Shown: positions 9,349 to 19,170, counted from the stretch's first letter. The stretch: DNA of 64,000 bases from Longimicrobiales bacterium (GCA_965202805.1 OZ241869.1:2688001-2752000); one strand, 5' to 3'. Translations and numbers: made by a program. Notes: generated by a model not told the origin, from the sequence alone.

Positions 9349-9633
9349 ATGAGCACGTTCGGAGAAGACCTGATCCGGTCGCTGAAGGAAGTTTTGGCTC
9401 ACAGTAAGGGCGAAGGCCCCGCCATCGTTCACGCCCCGGTGACCCCGCGCGAGGTCCGGGAACAGGCCAAGCTGACACAGTCTCAGATGGCAGCCCTGAT
9501 GGGTATGAGCCTGTCCGGCTACCGGAAATGGGAGCAGGGAACGCGCCGCGTCAGCGGCCCGGCCGCGACGCTTCTGCGCATCATCCAGCACGAACCCGCC
9601 GCGGTCAGGCGTGCGCTGCTGGCGTCGCCTTGA
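9349..9633 (+). CDS. HigA/NadS-like XRE HTH protein (orphan antitoxin-like)
   Basis: MSTFGEDLIRSLKE...LTQSQMAALMGMSLSGYRKWEQGTRRVSGPAATLL; GAGG RBS. Confidence 0.88.
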   Translation: MSTFGEDLIRSLKEVLAHSKGEGPAIVHAPVTPREVREQAKLTQSQMAALMGMSLSGYRKWEQGTRRVSGPAATLLRIIQHEPAAVRRALLASP

Positions 9634-9679
9634 AGGACACGTCTTGCTGCCCGGTGACAAGCCCGAGCCAGGGAAGCCC

Positions 9680-10987
9680 ATGAAGCCGCTACGCCGCGCA
9701 GTTCCCATCTCGTGCCTGCTGGCGCTGCTTCCGGCCCTCGGTTGTCAGGAGGTGCCGGAGCCTGGCCAGCGGCTCGATCCCGGCGTGGATACCGCGCCGG
9801 CGACGGTAACCGATTCCGCAGGGGTGAGCATTGCTACAATCCCCAACCTGCTCGCCCTGGACCTTCCTGAACTCGGCCTGACGCTGCTTCACTCCACGGT
9901 CGACGATCTTGACCTGGTCGAGGTGGTGGGTGCGGTTCTGCTACCCGATTCGTCGCTGGTCATCGCTGACAAGGCCGCGCCCAACCTCAGCTTCCTGCAT
10001 CCGGACGGAAGCCTGCGGGCGCAGGTGGGCCGGGAGGGAGAGGGTCCGGGCGAATACACCGATCTCTCGCGCATCGGGCTCACCGGCGATGGATCGCTGT
10101 TCGCCTATGACCGGGCCCTGCGCCGGTTCACGTTTCTCGATCGCGAGGGCGGCGTCATCGGGGTCCGGCGAAGCGGATGCATTGCTGCGACGGGAGAAGC
10201 CGTTCCCCTTGCGGATGTGAGCGGGCAAGGCTTCATCGGCGTCCTCGAGACCCGGCCCGATCTCCCGCCGGGCGTGCAACGCGCCCCGCTGTTCCTGGTG
10301 ACCTGTGCGGGCACCGAAGGATCGTTCGAGACATCGGGGGAGTGGGCGGGCAAGGAGCGCTACGTCACATCGAATCAGTGGATCGCCGTCGGGTTCGGTC
10401 GGACGGCACTGTACGATGGGCGGGGAAACCATACGGTCCTCGGCACCAACGACTCGTTGGACCTGACGCTGTACGAGGGAACGGCCGTGCGTACCAGGGT
10501 CCGCGGCGGTTCTTCCATGCGGATGGTGACCCCGCAGGAACGCGAGGAATGGACCGATCTGTACCTGGACATGTTCCCCGAGGTCGCCCGGGCGGACAGG
10601 CGGAGGAGATTGGAGCAGTCAGAGGTTCGGGACGCGTATCCGTCCTTCGGGGCCATCAAGGTGGATGGCGGTGGCAGGATATGGATCGGAGACTACGCGA
10701 AGCTGTCGGCCGAGCAGCGACTGTGGACGGTTCTCGGTGCGGACGGAACGCCGGTCGGCTCCGTTCATCTCCCGGTCTTCCGTCCGGATTGGCTGCAGAT
10801 CCGTGAAGGCTCAATCACCGGCCGGGCGCTGGTCGAGTGGGAAGTCACCATCCCCAGCCCGGTCCACGAGTTACTGGACATCGCCGGCGAGCGCATCGCG
10901 GTGCTGGGCAAGGACGAGTTCGGTCGCGAGTTCGTCGAGGTGTACGAGGTCGGGATGCCCGGGGAAGGGACAGCCCCGCCACGCTAG
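9680..10987 (+). CDS. 6-bladed beta-propeller lipoprotein
   Basis: Lipobox ALGC; GREGEGPGEY propeller motif; C-terminal KDEFGREFVEVY. Confidence 0.8.
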   Translation: MKPLRRAVPISCLLALLPALGCQEVPEPGQRLDPGVDTAPATVTDSAGVSIATIPNLLALDLPELGLTLLHSTVDDLDLVEVVGAVLLPDSSLVIADKAAPNLSFLHPDGSLRAQVGREGEGPGEYTDLSRIGLTGDGSLFAYDRALRRFTFLDREGGVIGVRRSGCIAATGEAVPLADVSGQGFIGVLETRPDLPPGVQRAPLFLVTCAGTEGSFETSGEWAGKERYVTSNQWIAVGFGRTALYDGRGNHTVLGTNDSLDLTLYEGTAVRTRVRGGSSMRMVTPQEREEWTDLYLDMFPEVARADRRRRLEQSEVRDAYPSFGAIKVDGGGRIWIGDYAKLSAEQRLWTVLGADGTPVGSVHLPVFRPDWLQIREGSITGRALVEWEVTIPSPVHELLDIAGERIAVLGKDEFGREFVEVYEVGMPGEGTAPPR

Positions 10988-10992
10988 CTCGG

Positions 10993-12249
10993 TCACGGAG
11001 CGCCGAAGCCGAGCGCCCGCGCGAGGTCTTCGTGCTCGAACGCCGACTCCATGCGATCGATTTCCCTTCGACCCCCGCCGAGTCGCGCGGCGACCTCTCG
11101 CCACTCGGAGACCGCCTTCCCTGCCGCGCCCGCAATCCGTCTGGCGTGTTTCGGGCCCAGGCCGTAATACTCCGCGGTGGCCAGCGCCTGGTCGAGCGAA
11201 GCGGTGCCATCGAATTCGTCGATGTATGTCGTAAGGACCCGGGGGCTCACGTCCGTCGGCACGGGATTCAGGTCGTAGGCCGGTGAGAGGCGCCAGCCCC
11301 TTCCGATCTCGTAGAGGAATCCGTGGTTCCGCAGATGATCGTCGGTGTTCGAGATGAGGACGCTGAAAACGACGCGTCTCCACAGCTCGGCGAGGTCGGT
11401 TCGTGCCGCCGCTCCGTGACTGCGCAGCGCCTCGGCCAGCTCGAGATACGAGCGCCGCTCGTTGTCGCGGGCATCCAGCATGCTCATCGTCGAGAGAAAC
11501 GGCACCCGATGGCTTCCCTCGCGGTCGAACCGCTGAAGAACCAGGATTCGCCTTCCGGCAACGGTCTCCAGTCGCCACGCGGGGACCCGGATCCCGGCGC
11601 GTTTCGCGAGCGCGAGCGCGACTCCTTCCCAGAGCACGATGTCGCGGTCGTCCTCGGTGCCTGGAAACTTCGCCAGCACCAACTCGCCGCCGTCGTCCCT
11701 GACCGCGGCCTTGGGCCGGGTGCCGCCGAGGGACGATCCGGGACCGACCAGCAGGCGAAGGTCGTCGTCCTTCTCGCGCCGGCGAAGAACCCGCCTCGAG
11801 GCCGCCACGAGCCGGCGCAGATCGACCAGCGGAGGAACGCGCATCGCGCCCGCTTCGGCGAGAAACGGCCCTTCCCGCTGCGGCGAGAATCTGAGCGCGC
11901 CCATCCGGATTTCGTCGTCCACGCGAAGAAGGAAATCGGATTCGAACAGAGTCCGGGGAGCTCGCCCTTCCAACCTCGCCCGCCTGACTTCGGCACGGCG
12001 GAGGAGCACCCGGCCCCAGCGGTCCGGCGCCGAATCGCCGAGGGACCCGAAGAGTCTGCCGCGCGTGTGGTACGGGCCCGGTCCAACCGTCAGCGCGGGC
12101 TCGAGGGCGAAGCGCTGGGGGTGGTCCATCCACGCCGCATCGTATTCGAACGATGCGCTCTCGCGGCCGCCGCGAACGCGAATCCACAGCCGGCCGGCTC
12201 GCATGGGCTCACCCCGCAGATCGACGTGAACCAGGACGGGGGTGTCCAT
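10993..12249 (-). CDS. hipA: HipA family kinase toxin
   Basis: DSAPDRWG, GSSLGGTRPK, QRFDR, NTDDHLRNHGF, LSPAYD. Confidence 0.95.
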   Translation of the reverse strand: MDTPVLVHVDLRGEPMRAGRLWIRVRGGRESASFEYDAAWMDHPQRFALEPALTVGPGPYHTRGRLFGSLGDSAPDRWGRVLLRRAEVRRARLEGRAPRTLFESDFLLRVDDEIRMGALRFSPQREGPFLAEAGAMRVPPLVDLRRLVAASRRVLRRREKDDDLRLLVGPGSSLGGTRPKAAVRDDGGELVLAKFPGTEDDRDIVLWEGVALALAKRAGIRVPAWRLETVAGRRILVLQRFDREGSHRVPFLSTMSMLDARDNERRSYLELAEALRSHGAAARTDLAELWRRVVFSVLISNTDDHLRNHGFLYEIGRGWRLSPAYDLNPVPTDVSPRVLTTYIDEFDGTASLDQALATAEYYGLGPKHARRIAGAAGKAVSEWREVAARLGGGRREIDRMESAFEHEDLARALGFGAP

Positions 12250-12611
12250 CAGTCGTCGGCGCCCGCAAGACGCGTCTCGCCCCTCCGACGTTCGGCCGAG
12301 GGCACGCGCACGCGCTGAGGCAGGCGCTCCTCCAGCAGATCGAGCCCGATCCCGTCCCGGCTGCGGTCAGCCAGCTCCGAAATGCCGTCGTGCATCCCCA
12401 GGACGAACAGGACCGTGGCGTACATGCCCATGGAGACGCCCGCGTCACCCCGTTCGATCCTGTGCAGCGTCGTGCGGCTGATCAGCGCGCGCTCGGCCAT
12501 CGTCGATGCGCGGATGCGGCGGCGCAGCCGGGCGTCCCGGATGTCGCTCCCCAGCTTCCTGAGGATGCGCCGGACCGGAAGCGGCAGCGTGCCGCGGATG
12601 TAGGAAGGCAT
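12249..12611 (-). CDS. XRE HTH antitoxin (HipB-like)
   Basis: ARLRRRI...MAERALISRTTLHRIERGD; TGATG-coupled to hipA. Confidence 0.9.
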   Translation of the reverse strand: MPSYIRGTLPLPVRRILRKLGSDIRDARLRRRIRASTMAERALISRTTLHRIERGDAGVSMGMYATVLFVLGMHDGISELADRSRDGIGLDLLEERLPQRVRVPSAERRRGETRLAGADD

Positions 12612-12792
12612 CTGATGATCCTTTACCGTCCAGTAATACAGGTGTGAATGCAGTTAGCGTATATGATACTGTACGGTATGGTAAAACGCACCCCCACGGA
12701 CAACTCGTTCTCACGCGCCGGTCTCGCGGAGAGAAGCCGTCTCTGCCAGATTCAGAATCCCTCAATCCACGAACCGCAGAAAAGGGAGCCCC

Positions 12793-14538
12793 ATGGCGCT
12801 GCCAGCCAGCCGATCCGGTCCCGCTGTTCGATTCCAACCCGACGAGAATCCCGGCTTGCCCGTCACCATCGGACTGGCGCTGCAGTACTGTCTGCTCACT
12901 GTGGGGCCGATCGTTCTGACCGTCGCGATCGTGGTACGGGCGGCCGGCCAGAGCGAGCTCTTTCTGTCGTGGGCGGCGTGCGCGGCGCTGCTGGTGAGCG
13001 GCATTGCGACGATGGTCCAGGCTCAACGCGTGGGACGCCTCGGGGCGGGATACATCCTGCTGATGGGCACGTCGGGGGCCTTCATCGCGGTGGCGGTGAC
13101 GGCGCTGGTGCAGGGGGGGCCGGCGTTGCTGGCGACGCTGGTGGCGGTCTCGGCGGTGTTTCAGTTTGCGCTGGCGTCGCGGCTGTCGCTGCTGCGGCGG
13201 ATCATCACGCCGACCGTAGCGGGGACGGTGATCATGCTGATCGCCGTGACGGTGATGCCGCTGATCCTCGACCTGATCGGGCGGGTGCCCGAGGGGGTGG
13301 CGCCGGCGGCCGGGCCGGTCACGGCCGCGGTGACCCTCGGCGTCACGATGGTGATCGTGCTGCGCGCTTCCGGGGCGATGCGGCTGTGGGGTCCCGTGAT
13401 CGGGATCGTGGCCGGGAGCGCGGTCGCCGGCTTCTTCGGCGTGTTCTCGTGGGATGCGGTGGCCGCGGCCCCCTGGTTCGGACTGCCGCTGGCGGGCTGG
13501 CCGGGATTCGACTTCAGCTTCGGGCCCGTGTTCTGGGCGCTGCTTCCGGCGTTCGTGTTCGTCACGCTGGTGGGGGCGATTGAGACCATCGGCGATGCGG
13601 TGGCCGTGCAGCGCGTGTCGTGGCGGAAGGAGCGGGCCACGGACTTTCGCGGGGTGCAGGGGGCGGTCATGGCGGACGGCCTGGGCAACCTCCTCTCGGG
13701 ACTGCTCGCCACGGTTCCCAACACGACCTATTCGAGCAGCGTCGCAATCGTGGAGATCACCGGCGTGGCCGCGCGGCGGGTGGGCGTCGCCATCGGCGTC
13801 GGGTTCTGCGCGCTGGCCCTGCTCCCCAAGCTGGTGGCGGTGATCCTCTCGGTCCCGGACGCGATCATCGGCACCTACCTGATCGTGCTGATCGCGATCC
13901 TTTTCGTTCTGGGCATGCGCATCGTCGTGGCGGACGGCATGAACTATCGGAAGGCGGCCATCGTCGGCGTCTCGTTCTGGGTCGGCTACGGCTTCCAGAG
14001 CGGCGGCCTGTTCATAGACCGGATGACCCCGTTTTTCGCTGAGATGCTCGGGAACGGCATGACCTCGGGCGGGCTCACGGCGCTCGCGCTGTCGGTGTTC
14101 GTCGAGCTCGCCGGACCGCGCCGCAAGCGTCTGGTGACCACGCTCGACGTGGACGCTTTGCCCGGGATCAGGGCGTTCATCGAGAGCTGCGCGGCGCGTG
14201 CGGGATGGGGCGCCGGCATGCTCCAGCGGGTCCACCTGGCTTCGGAAGAGGCGCTGGTGAGCCTGATGGGCGACGAGGGCGGCGCCGACGGCCCGGCGCG
14301 GCGGCTGCGACTCGGCGTGCGTCTCGAGCGCGAGGCGGCGGAACTGGAGTTCCTCGCCGCGCCAGGGGAAGGGAACCTGGAAGACCGCATGGCGCTGGCC
14401 GCCGAGCAATCGGTCGAGATCGAGGCCCAGCGCGACTTCTCGTTGCGGCTGCTGCGGCACCTGGCCGGATCGGTCCGGCACCAGAAGTACCACGACACGG
14501 ACATTCTCACGGTGCGGGTGGAGGCGCCGGCCGCGTAG
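12793..14538 (+). CDS. NCS2 xanthine/uracil/ascorbate permease with C-terminal degenerate HATPase_c (RsbW-like) domain
   Basis: Multiple TM helices with MGTSGAF, ETIGD, ADGLGN and PNTTYSSS; soluble C-terminal ~130 aa with RVHLASEEALVSL...FSLRLLRHLA. Confidence 0.85.
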   Translation: MALPASRSGPAVRFQPDENPGLPVTIGLALQYCLLTVGPIVLTVAIVVRAAGQSELFLSWAACAALLVSGIATMVQAQRVGRLGAGYILLMGTSGAFIAVAVTALVQGGPALLATLVAVSAVFQFALASRLSLLRRIITPTVAGTVIMLIAVTVMPLILDLIGRVPEGVAPAAGPVTAAVTLGVTMVIVLRASGAMRLWGPVIGIVAGSAVAGFFGVFSWDAVAAAPWFGLPLAGWPGFDFSFGPVFWALLPAFVFVTLVGAIETIGDAVAVQRVSWRKERATDFRGVQGAVMADGLGNLLSGLLATVPNTTYSSSVAIVEITGVAARRVGVAIGVGFCALALLPKLVAVILSVPDAIIGTYLIVLIAILFVLGMRIVVADGMNYRKAAIVGVSFWVGYGFQSGGLFIDRMTPFFAEMLGNGMTSGGLTALALSVFVELAGPRRKRLVTTLDVDALPGIRAFIESCAARAGWGAGMLQRVHLASEEALVSLMGDEGGADGPARRLRLGVRLEREAAELEFLAAPGEGNLEDRMALAAEQSVEIEAQRDFSLRLLRHLAGSVRHQKYHDTDILTVRVEAPAA

Positions 14539-14611
14539 GGCTCAGGCCCGGGGCATCCTTCGATCGCCTCCCGAATGGTTCTCCAGTACTTGGCCGGGTG
14601 ACTCGGCATCA

Positions 14612-14633
14612 TCAACTAAAATATTAGTTGACA
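14612..14633. promoter_or_regulatory. Perfect palindromic operator overlapping a TTGACA box upstream of tonB
   Basis: TCAACTAA-AATA-TTAGTTGA (14612-14631); TTGACA at 14628-14633. Confidence 0.65.
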
Positions 14634-14744
14634 GATCCGCTCTCGCTCTCCATCGTACCAATCGGTGTTCTTCGGAAGCGAGCGAGGGCCAACCGCCTGG
14701 TGCTCGACCGGCTCCGGGCAATGGCCACCCGACGAGGAGAGACG

Positions 14745-15431
14745 ATGAGCGACAAGGAATCCGTACAGGTGCAGGAAGGCCCGCCTCTCGAGACGGCGAA
14801 CGACCGCTTCAAGAGATCGTTCGACACCTGGTTCTGGGGATCGGTTCTGGCCGCGACCGTGGTTCACTTCGCGATGTTCATGTTCTGGCCGACATTGACC
14901 GCGGAGGACGTCTCCTTCGATTCCGAGGAGCTCGTGGCGATCGAACTCCCGCCCGAGATCGAGATTCCGCCGCCGCCCCAGGCGATCAGCCGGCCCGCGA
15001 CCCCCGTGATCGCCGCGGCCGACATCAGCGAGGACATCACGATCGCGCCGACCACCTTCGAGGACAATCCGGTCGAGGAGCTGCCTCCTCCGCCCGACGA
15101 GGAGGCCGTCGACATCTCGTCGGCGCCGTCGTTTACACCCTACACCGTCCGTCCGGACCTCATCAACCAGCGTGAAGTGGAGCGTGCGCTGGAGCGGGAG
15201 TATCCCCCGATCCTGCGGGACAACGGGATCGGCGGGAGGGTGACCGTGCACTTCTTCATCGACGAGGAAGGGATCGTTCAGAACACCCTCGTCGCGGAGA
15301 CCTCGGGACACTCCTCGCTTGATGAGGCGGCGCTGCGCGTGGCCAACGTCTTCCGGTTCACCCCGGCGCTCAACCTGGACAAGGTGGTCCCGGTGTGGAT
15401 CGCGCTTCCCATCCAGTTCCAGACGCGTTAG
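14745..15431 (+). CDS. tonB: Energy transducer TonB
   Basis: AGGAG RBS; single TM, Pro-rich spacer, YPPILR...[13 protein letters not shown]...LDEAAL...FTPA. Confidence 0.92.
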   Translation: MSDKESVQVQEGPPLETANDRFKRSFDTWFWGSVLAATVVHFAMFMFWPTLTAEDVSFDSEELVAIELPPEIEIPPPPQAISRPATPVIAAADISEDITIAPTTFEDNPVEELPPPPDEEAVDISSAPSFTPYTVRPDLINQREVERALEREYPPILRDNGIGGRVTVHFFIDEEGIVQNTLVAETSGHSSLDEAALRVANVFRFTPALNLDKVVPVWIALPIQFQTR

Positions 15432-15433
15432 TC

Positions 15434-16333
15434 GCGTCGGGCGGGCTCCTCGAGTATGACGGGCTCGTCGACACGGCCGTCGGATTCACGGTGCTCCGTG
15501 ACGGGCGCTCGGTGGTGTTCGATCCGGGTCACAGCGCATTCCAGGTGTTCGCGCCGGACGGGGAGTTCGAGCGCTCGGTGCGCATGCCCGGCACCTCATT
15601 CTACGGGATCCGGAACCTGTTGCCCGCCAGGGACGGCCGGAACGTCATCACGACAAGCATCTCGGCTTTCGGCATGGGAGGCCCCGCCGGCGGCCCCGAG
15701 CCATCGTTCCGCCCCATCTACCGATTGGTGCTGACCGGCGATGAGGCCGTGCAGGACACGGTGATCCGGGCGTGGCGCCCATCGGGAGACCCGGACGGCT
15801 TCGGGCCGGAGCTGGTTGCCGGGGCGCTGCCGGGGGGTGGGCTGGTCTACACCGACTCTTCCGCCTATGCGATCAAGGTTGCTGCCGGAGACGGGGAACT
15901 GACGCGTGTGCTCACCCGGCCGTTTCGGCCTGAACCCGTCACGGGCCGCATCAGGGAGCGGGAGATCGAACGCCAGTTGGAGGAAAACGAGGAGCGCGCC
16001 GCCAGATCGAATGCTCCGTTCGCCGCCGCCATGGCCGATAGGAGACGCGAGAGCATCCAGAACATGGAGTTCTACCCCGAGGTGCCGGTGGTCCGCGACC
16101 TGCAGACCAGCTGGGAGGGGACCATCTGGGTGCTTCGGCGCGGGGAGGAACCGGCGAGCGATGGCCCGATCGATGTGCTGACCCCGGACGGCCGCTACAT
16201 CGGGACCTTCCCTGCCGGCACGACCGGGTTGCCCGACGCGTTCGGGCCGGACGGGCTGGCCGCGTTCATCGAGCGTGACGAATTCGACGTGAGGAGCGTG
16301 GCGGTGCGGCGACTGCCGGCTGGTGTGAGGTGA
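15434..16333 (+). pseudogene. 5'-truncated 6-bladed beta-propeller protein
   Basis: Similar in style to 9680-10987 ([15 protein letters not shown] end) but lacks the signal peptide and first blades; begins immediately after the tonB stop. Confidence 0.6.
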
Positions 16334-16375
16334 GGCCCGGCCGGGTGCCGGCGATGAGCCATCGCGTCGCACCGT

Positions 16376-16675
16376 TTGCGCGCGGGCCGAGGCCGTAGCG
16401 GAAACAACCCCTGCCCGGCGGGTGAACTCGAGTTCTTCTGTGTCGGCAGAGGCTCATTCGTTCGTGCACCGCGGGTCTACATCGATGAAATCTGGCAACC
16501 GGAAGGGCTCGCCGCGCTGCAGAGGTTCTCACCGTCTGAATTGTACTCGGTTGAGGTCTATTTCTCCGGCTCGGAGATTCGCGGCTATACCTACCAGTTC
16601 ATGGAGCGTACCGCGCGCAAGCCACAGGCCCTGATTCCCGTGCTCCTCTGGCGCTGGGGCCGCCGACCTCCCTGA
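16376..16675 (+). pseudogene. Fragment resembling a TonB-plug-like C-terminal domain
   Basis: PRVYIDE...LQRFSPSELYSVEVY...IRGYT resembles plug-domain endings; no credible start. Confidence 0.45.
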
Positions 16676-16803
16676 GACCTCAGATGAGTTGGTTGGAGTT
16701 AGGCCTGGTGCCGCGGACGCCAAAGCGGCCCGTTTCCAGCACGCCGCAATCTAGCTAGTTTTCTAGTCATCTTCATCGCGCCACGAGCGGAGCGCGCAGA
16801 AAC

Positions 16804-17037
16804 ATGGTCATTGTCAATGTCCACCAGGCCAAGACGCAGCTTTCACGGCTGCTGGCGCAAGTCGAGGCAGGCGAGGAAGTCGTGGTCGCCCGCCGGGGCA
16901 AACCCGTCGCGCGGCTGGTTGCCTTCGAGCCCCGCGGCGCTCGGTGTCCGGATGTCCTCAAGGGGAAGGTCACGATCCCCGACAGCTTCTTCGATCCGTT
17001 GCCGGAGGAGGAGCTGAAATCATGGGAAGGCGAGTAG
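16804..17037 (+). CDS. Phd/YefM family antitoxin
   Basis: VNVHQAKTQLSRLL...GEEVVVARRGKPVARLV. Confidence 0.95.
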   Translation: MVIVNVHQAKTQLSRLLAQVEAGEEVVVARRGKPVARLVAFEPRGARCPDVLKGKVTIPDSFFDPLPEEELKSWEGE

Positions 17038-17044
17038 CGTCCCG

Positions 17045-17431
17045 ATGCGGGTGTTGCTGGATACCCATGCCTTCCTCTGGTGGATCGCCGACAGCGGACG
17101 CCTGTCCCTGGCGGCGCGCCAAGTGATTGCCGACGAAACGAACGACATCGTCGTCAGTGCTGCGTCCGCCTGGGAAATCACTACCAAGTACAGAATCGGC
17201 AAGCTCCCCGGCGCTGAGGCGGTGGCACTCGATGTTGCGGGCGCCATCTCAGCCCAGGGGTTCGAAAACCTTCCGATCAGCGTCGTCGACGCGGAACGCG
17301 CGGGGCGGCTGCCCGGGCCTCACCGTGACCCCTTCGACCGGATGCTTGCAGCGCAGGCTCAGGCGCGCGACCTGGCGGTCGTTTCTGCGGACACGGCATT
17401 GGACGCCTACGGGATCCGCAGGATCTGGTGA
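17045..17431 (+). CDS. vapC: VapC family PIN toxin
   Basis: LLDTHAFLW, SAASAWE, HRDPFDRMLAAQA. Confidence 0.95.
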   Translation: MRVLLDTHAFLWWIADSGRLSLAARQVIADETNDIVVSAASAWEITTKYRIGKLPGAEAVALDVAGAISAQGFENLPISVVDAERAGRLPGPHRDPFDRMLAAQAQARDLAVVSADTALDAYGIRRIW

Positions 17432-17438
17432 CCTCGCC

Positions 17439-17654
17439 TCAGCCCGCACCCCTGTTCAGCACCACCGCAATCAGCGCCCCGGCCGCCCCGTTGTTCACAA
17501 TCCCGATCAGGGTGTGCCCGCCGACCGTCGCGAGCGTCTGCACGTCGGCCATGGTGGCGTAGCCCATCAGCGCCATGCCCGGACTCAGCAGGGCCCCGAA
17601 CACGGCGCCCGCCTGGAAACCCGCCCCCGTTGCCAGCAGGAAGCTTCTGGTCAC
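17439..17654 (-). pseudogene. 3' fragment of a small membrane protein
   Basis: Two hydrophobic helices (GFQAGAVFGALLSPGMALMGYA...GAAGALIAVVL) with coding-like GC3 and no RBS or N-terminus. Confidence 0.4.
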
Positions 17655-17670
17655 GCTGTCGGGTCCCCGG

Positions 17671-19149
17671 TCACGCGATGATGTCGTGAATCACCTCGCC
17701 CGCCACATCCGTCAGCCGGAAATCACGACCGCTGTAGTTGTAGGTGAGCTTCTCGTGGTCGATGCCCATCAGGTAGAGGATGGTCGCGTGCAGGTCGTGG
17801 ATGTGGACCGGGTTTTCCACGGCCTTGAAGCCGAAGTCGTCGGTGGCACCGTAGGTCATGCCGCCCCTGATGCCGCCGCCGGCCAGCCAGATGCTGAAGC
17901 CGAACGGGTTGTGGTCGCGGCCGTTGACCACGCGGCCGCCGGCGCCCCCACCCCCCGTCTCGAGCACGGGCGTGCGTCCGAACTCGGTGCCGCACACCAC
18001 CAGGGTGTCGTCGAAGAGGCCCCGTGACTTGAGGTCCTTGATCACCGCCGCGAAGGGCTGGTCGGAGTCCTTCGCGTTCTTGCGGTGCTGGAAGATGTCG
18101 GTGTGGGCATCCCAGGGATCGCCCTTCGCGTAGTAGACCTGCACGATGCGCACGCCGCGCTCGATCAGCCGCACCGCCATCAGGCAGCCGCGCGCGGTGC
18201 TTCCCGGGCCGTACAACTTCTGGGTCGCCTCGCTCTCGCCGCGGATGTCGAACACGTCCGGGGCCTCGGTCTGCATGCGGTAGGCGGTCTCCATCACCTG
18301 GATGGCGCCCTCGATCTGCGGATCCTCCTCCTCCAGGCGCTGCATGTGCAGCCGGTTCAGCCTCTCGATCAGGTCTACCTCCCGGCGCTGGCCATCGCCA
18401 TTCATCTCCTCGCCACGGATGTTGGGGATCAGGCGCTCGGGGTCGAAGTCGTCCTCGATCCTCGGCACCTTGTCGGAGATGTAGGTGCCCTGGTGGATGG
18501 GCGGCAGGAAGGCGTTGCTCCACAGCGGCGGGCCCACCACGGTGGGCTGGTCGGGGCAGAGCACCACGAATCCGGGCAGGTTCCGGTTCTCGGTGCCGAG
18601 CCCGTAGGTGAGCCACGAGCCCAGCGAGGGCCGGCCCGGCTGGATGTGCCCCGTGTTCATCATGAGCAGCGACGGCTCGTGATTCGGGATCTCGGTGTGC
18701 ATCGAGCGGATCACGCAGATGTCGTCCGCGCACTCGCCCACGTGCGGGAAGAGTTCGCTGACCTCGATCCCCGACTGCCCGTAGCGCTTGAAGCTGAAGG
18801 GCGACTTCATGAGAGCGCCGGTGCGCCGCTCGGTCTTGATCTCGCCGCTCGGCAGGGGCTGCCCGTGGTACTTCTCGAGCATCGGCTTGGGATCGAAGGT
18901 GTCGACCTGCGAGACGCCCCCGTTCATGAACAGGAAGATGACGTTCTTCGCGCGCGGCTCGAAATCAGGCCTGGGCAGCGGCGTGCCCATCGACGAAACG
19001 AGCCCGTTGGAAGCCTCGAGCATCGACGTCCCCACGAGGCTGGCGAACGCCATCATGCCAAAGCCCGCGCCCATGGTCTTCAGGGCCTCGCGCCGCGTGC
19101 GCGGCTCCCCGTGGATCATGCCGCAGCCGTGATGATCGTGATCAGACAT
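17671..19149 (-). CDS. DUF1501 domain protein (Tat-like signal)
   Basis: TRREAL; AKNVIFLFMNGGVSQVDTFDPKP; EFGRTP; GRDH; GRDFRLTDVAG. Confidence 0.93.
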   Translation of the reverse strand: MSDHDHHGCGMIHGEPRTRREALKTMGAGFGMMAFASLVGTSMLEASNGLVSSMGTPLPRPDFEPRAKNVIFLFMNGGVSQVDTFDPKPMLEKYHGQPLPSGEIKTERRTGALMKSPFSFKRYGQSGIEVSELFPHVGECADDICVIRSMHTEIPNHEPSLLMMNTGHIQPGRPSLGSWLTYGLGTENRNLPGFVVLCPDQPTVVGPPLWSNAFLPPIHQGTYISDKVPRIEDDFDPERLIPNIRGEEMNGDGQRREVDLIERLNRLHMQRLEEEDPQIEGAIQVMETAYRMQTEAPDVFDIRGESEATQKLYGPGSTARGCLMAVRLIERGVRIVQVYYAKGDPWDAHTDIFQHRKNAKDSDQPFAAVIKDLKSRGLFDDTLVVCGTEFGRTPVLETGGGGAGGRVVNGRDHNPFGFSIWLAGGGIRGGMTYGATDDFGFKAVENPVHIHDLHATILYLMGIDHEKLTYNYSGRDFRLTDVAGEVIHDIIA

Positions 19150-19169
19150 CAGTCCACAAAACCTGCCAT
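19149..19169 (-). other. 6-codon mini-ORF (MAGFVD*) created by a short duplication, bridging two genes
   Basis: ATG GCA GGT TTT GTG GAC TGA starts 1 nt after the upstream stop, and its TGA overlaps the DUF1501 ATG. Confidence 0.5.
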
Positions 19170-19170
19170 C

